Below, in pieces: positions 62,508 to 64,000 of a stretch of DNA of 64,000 nucleotides; position 1 is the first letter of the stretch; each line of letters starts with the position of its first letter. Source of the DNA: Octopus sinensis (taxonomy: Eukaryota); the NCBI RefSeq assembly GCF_006345805.1, contig NC_043013.1, positions 4,898,001 through 4,962,000 of the forward strand, written 5' to 3'. The notes under the pieces were generated by a model that was not told the DNA's origin, ran no database searches, and saw only the letters and a program-made list of their open reading frames with translations. A program made the translations under genes and the position numbers.

Positions 62508-64000
62508 GGGAGATCTCTAGACATTTCCAGGGAGATCTCTAGACATTTTCAGGGAGATCTCTAGAAATTTTCAGGGAGATCTCTAGACATTTTCAAGGAG
62601 ATCTCTAGAAATTTCCAAGGAGATCTCTAGACATTTTCAGGGAGATCTCTAGACTTTTCCAAGGAGATCTCTAATCATTTCCAGGAAGATCTCTAGTCAT
62701 TTCCAGGGAGATCTCTAGACATTTTCAGGGAGATCTCTAGAAATTTTCAGGGAGATCTCTAGACATTTTCAAGGAGATCTCTAGAAATTTCCAAGGAGAT
62801 CTCTAGACATTTTCAGGGAGATCTCTAGACTTTTCCAAGGAGATCTCTAATCATTTCCAGGAAGATCTCTAGTCATTTCCAGGGAGATCTCTAGACATTT
62901 TCAGGGAGATCTCTAGACATTTCCAGGGAGATCTCTAGACATTTCCAGGGAGATCTCTAGACACTTCCAGGGAGATCTCTAGACATTTCCAGGGAGATCT
63001 CTAGACATTTCCAGGGAGATCTCTAGACACTTCCAGGGAGATCTCTAGACACTTCCAAGGCGATCTCTAGACATTTTCAGGGAGATCTCTAGACATTTTC
63101 AGGGAGATCTCTAGACATTTTCAGGGAGATCTCTAGACATTTTCAGGGAGATCTCTAGACATTTCCAGGGAGATCTCTAGACACTTCCAGGGAGATCTCT
63201 AGACATTTCCAGGGAGATCTCTAGACACTTCCAGGGAGATCTCTAGACACTTCCAAGGCGATCTCTAGACATTTTCAGGGAGATCTCTAGACATTTTCAG
63301 GGAGATCTCTAGACATTTTCAGGGAGATCTCTAGACATTTTCAGGGAGATCTCTAGACATTTCCAGGGAGATCTCTAGACACTTCCAGGGAGATCTCTAG
63401 ACATTTCCAGGGAGATCTCTAGACATTTCCAGGGAGATCTCTAGACACTTCCAGGGAGATCTCTAGACACTTCCAAGGCGATCTCTAGACATTTTCAGGG
63501 AGATCTCTAGACATTTTCAGGGAGATCTCTAGACATTTTCAGGGAGATCTCTAGACATTTTCAGGGAGATCTCTAGACATTTCCAGGGAGATCTCTAGAC
63601 ACTTCCAGGGAGATCTCTAGACATTTCCAGGGAGATCTCTAGACATTTCCAGGGAGATCTCTAGACACTTCCAGGGAGATCTCTAGACACTTCCAAGGCG
63701 ATCTCTAGACATTTTCAGGGAGATCTCTAGACATTTCAGGGAGATCTCTAGACATTCAGGGAGATCTCTAGACATTTCCAGGGAGATCTCTAGACATTCC
63801 AGGGAGATCTCTAGACACTTCCAGGGAGATCTCTAGACATTTCCAGGGAGATCTCTAGACATTTCCAGGGAGATCTCTAGACACTTCCAGGGAGATCTCT
63901 AGACACTTCCAGGGAGATCTCTAGACACTTCCAAGGCGATCTCTAGACATTTTCAGGGAGATCTCTAGACATTTTCAGGGAGATCTCTAGACATTTCCAG
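62508..64000. repeat. 22-bp tandem minisatellite/satellite (GGGAGATCTCTAGACATTTYCA), about 68 units, runs off the window end
   Basis: Head-to-tail units with no spacers; higher-order periods of 176, 198, 220, 220 and 238 bp. Confidence 0.97.

Noticed and set aside
62508-64000. CRISPR-like array
   Set aside because: Units are contiguous with no unique spacers, the context is eukaryotic, and there are no cas genes.

Overview
Eukaryotic, microsatellite- and SINE-rich genomic DNA. The SINE families and repeat style point to an octopod cephalopod (inference). One clear host gene is present: ATIC/purH (bifunctional AICAR transformylase/IMP cyclohydrolase) on the + strand. Eighteen exons are well supported (6328-32243, all GT-AG and in frame) and a probable first exon lies at 422-461, giving about 598 aa with the catalytic motifs intact. 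Nested antisense in ATIC intron 6 is an uninterrupted 590-aa Tigger1/TIGD1-like transposase ORF (13675-15447). Its second catalytic Asp is replaced by Gly and no TIR pair is visible, so it is a candidate domesticated gene. An orphan promoter and first exon on the - strand at about 36.75-36.9 kb points back toward ATIC. The rest is transposon debris (RTE, CR1, RLE-type LINE, Tc1/mariner/maT, hAT, piggyBac-like and foldback MITEs, Helitron-like elements, four SINE families), a 100-N gap, and a 22-bp satellite with higher-order structure running off the end of the window. The most striking non-coding signal is a set of minimal hammerhead-ribozyme motifs of the Penelope-associated dimeric type in at least three unrelated sequence families. 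One family forms a perfect 155-bp-arm palindrome (40095-40412) carrying a ribozyme on each strand. All calls were made by eye, with no database searches.
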